NCBI GenBank assembly: GCA_000002445.1
Contig: CP000067.1
Coordinates: 1-64,000, forward strand
Direction: 5' to 3'
DNA length: 64,000 nt
Source: Trypanosoma brucei
Lineage: Eukaryota
Shown here: positions 61,975 to 64,000 of the stretch, one piece after another
Layout: each line of letters starts with the position of its first letter
How positions within the stretch are numbered: the stretch's first letter is position 1
Position numbers and translations under genes: made by a program
The notes under the pieces: generated by a model
The model's input: the letters and a program-made list of their open reading frames with translations, nothing else
What the model was told of the DNA's origin: nothing
The model's database searches: none

Positions 61975-64000
61975 TTGTGGGTTTGCGTTATTTCCTTGTG
62001 GAGCTGCGGGGCTATTGGCTTTTGATATTACAATTATAATAATAATTATTATCTTAACTATCTTTTCTTAACTTTACTTTTTTAACTGAAATTATAAATA
62101 GCTGAAGTAAAGCAGCCGATGAGGAAAACAAAAGTGTGTGAATTGTGTAACATAATATCAAAAGTAATAGAGCAAGATAATATTTATTTACCGCTGTTTG
62201 CATAATATGATATCATAATGTATTTGATATTAAGGAAAACAATTTCAAAATATAGTAGCTGTTAATAAATATTTCCCTTACTTCATTATCATGTGCCAAA
62301 TATAATTAATTTCATGTATCATTTCTTTTTAAACAACGAATAATATGGAAACAAAAAATATTACTGCCTCATACACCTGAATAAACACTTTGTATAGAGT
62401 TGACAGTTGTGAAAGGTCAAATTCTATTAATTAAAATCATTTTTTAAAAATAAACAATAAGCAGAAAAATATATGGATATTAATGAAAGGGGAAAAGAAT
62501 ATCGGCACGAGGTATGGATATACACACATTAGTACAGACACATGAATACACAACTGTTTTCCTGCTATTTCCTCCTTTCTGCCAATACGAGGCATTCAGT
62601 TGTATTGAAGGAACTCGTTGAAATATAAATCATTTTTCTAACCCATATACTTACCACCGGAATAACGTATTGAATAATCTCTGTATGATATTTATGGAAT
62701 TGATAATTCTTTTTTCCCCTTTTATAACGTGGAATGCTGATGCAGCTCTTGGTAGTGTTTCACCAGCAGTCTTCATTGAGATTCCATGCGGTGTCGTAGC
62801 ATTGTGAGGAGAGTTCTGGGCAGAGGAGACCCGGGTTCCGCAATGTTGGATTCAGTGTGGGGCCGACATTGGCTCACGATAGGACTCATGAAGGAGCTTG
62901 TGAGAGTTCTCTTTTCATGCGCAATCCGAAAGAGTAGAGGACAATGAAGTTATGTCTCCGGTAAAAGAGAGGTTCATCACGTTGTTCACTATATTTGCTT
63001 CCGCCTCGTTCATTTAGTGGTTGTTGTGACCTTTTTTTTTTCTGGGGTGGGGGATTTCTGTCCCTCTTTTCCTCAATGCTACCGCTTTGTCTCGAGTTTT
63101 GTGTGTCTGCGTTTGTGCCTTGGTGAAACTCAAAAGAAACGCTAGCGAAAGGCTCACAGAAGGTAATAAATATATTTGTAGAAATAATCCAATAATGGAC
63201 CTCTTTTGAGGAATGGTGAGTGAAAAAAATGGTGCAAAAAAACATTGAAAATTTATGCCACATGGACAAGTGCTTTATAATGTTCCCACTGTATAGAAAT
63301 ATGGAATATATAAGGAACATATGGGAGGCAGTGAATATTTATAGAACAAACGGAATATATGGAGAACAAGAAACGTAGGGAATATATCAAATGTATGGTA
63401 TATATGGAATGTATGAGAGGCAAAAAGTATGGAAAAACTTTGTTAATTGAATATACATTCATGTATTCTCAGGTGCTGGATGTGTTTGTGCGTGTATTTG
63501 TATGTATGTGTTCTCTGCTTTATATATCACTAAATATTTTACACATTTCATTTTACTTTGCGTATGCTAATAGCTTGTTTTTCCTTGCATCAATTCATGG
63601 AAATATCTATTAGAGAAATAATAATTTACTTTTTCTCTTTCTTTCCCGCTAATGTTTCACCGCCTATTTTCATTCCTTATAAATACTGTAAATTTCTTTT
63701 TGTTACTGTAACTATTTCCAAAAAAAATGTAATGGAGACACTTTAAGCATTACATATCATAATATCTCTAAACTCCTTCTATGTTATGTTAAGTTACTAA
63801 TATTTTCATTCCCATTAATTTTATTCAGCAGAACATACAAAACACCCTCAAAAGTCCTTCCTTCCTTTCTTTATTTTTTTTTTGAAATCATAATATATCT
63901 TGTGGAATATACAAATATATAATAACCATAAATGTGTTATATATCTTCACAACATCAGAAGCTTCACGACATAATTGTGTTCCTCAAGAAGCAGTGGTTG

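Larger units (their letters stand above)
52340..64000. repeat. Tandem amplification of a ~5.43 kb unit (unit 1 ~52340..57679, ~100 bp shorter; unit 2 ~57680..63114; partial unit 3 63115..64000). Each full unit carries one truncated RHS copy.
   Basis: The marker cttgtttttccttgcatcaattcatggaaatatctattagag recurs at 52706, 58140 and 63574 (period 5434). RHS ORFs lie at 54845..56542 and 60277..61974 (offset 5432) and are about 98% identical. The window ends inside unit 3. Confidence 0.9.

Noticed and set aside
1-64000. Prokaryotic interpretation (operons, CRISPR arrays, defence or toxin systems) implied by the task framing
   Set aside because: No CRISPR-like short repeat-spacer periodicity and no bacterial-type gene density. 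The content is instead RHS genes, RIME retroposons, an ESAG4-like cyclase and an ESAG8-like LRR protein, which are diagnostic of Trypanosoma brucei-group nuclear DNA. The large repeats are gene-family, flank and tandem duplications.
1-64000. Telomeric hexamer (TTAGGG/CCCTAA) arrays or 70-bp or 50-bp expression-site repeats
   Set aside because: None seen on reading the sequence. This is an RHS cluster but not the telomere-proximal expression-site sequence itself.

Overview
This window is eukaryotic kinetoplastid DNA, almost certainly a Trypanosoma brucei-group RHS (retrotransposon hot spot) multigene cluster. It is not prokaryotic, so CRISPR, operon and defence-island logic does not apply. The ORF track assigns M to GTG and other alternative starts, so several listed starts are not real ATGs. 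I identified the families from conserved protein motifs and from recalled element sequences, not from any database search. Main contents: (1) eight RHS genes or pseudogenes, all on the minus strand, each with a P-loop (GIGKS/GIGKT) just upstream of the known insertion hot spot: 1682..4715, 34907..36946, 39136..42102, 46048..48337, 49436..51463, 54845..56542, 60277..61974, plus a plus-strand fragment at 27788..28255. (2) Two complete RIME retroposons (3133..3640 and 40568..41077, both minus strand). Each carries the conserved ingi/RIME 5' 79-mer, a poly(A) tail and 11-12 bp target-site duplications, and each sits at the same codon position of an RHS gene. (3) A degenerate GRESAG4/ESAG4-type receptor adenylate cyclase pseudogene (13690..16565, plus strand). 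(4) A large ESAG8-like leucine-rich-repeat protein gene (18596..22941, plus strand) split by a single-base frameshift. (5) A degenerate fragment of an RNA polymerase second-largest subunit (RPB2-family) pseudogene (43159..44933, minus strand). (6) Extensive repeat structure: a duplicated RHS 3' flank of about 1.7 kb (1..1681 and 33231..34906), conserved RHS 5' flanks of two types, and a tandem amplification of a 5.43 kb unit (52340..64000, at least 2.2 copies) in which each full unit carries a C-terminally truncated RHS copy. Gene order gives a divergent strand-switch region (4716..13690) and a very AT-rich convergent strand-switch region (23000..34900). I could not support any tRNA or rRNA gene, or any telomeric repeat.
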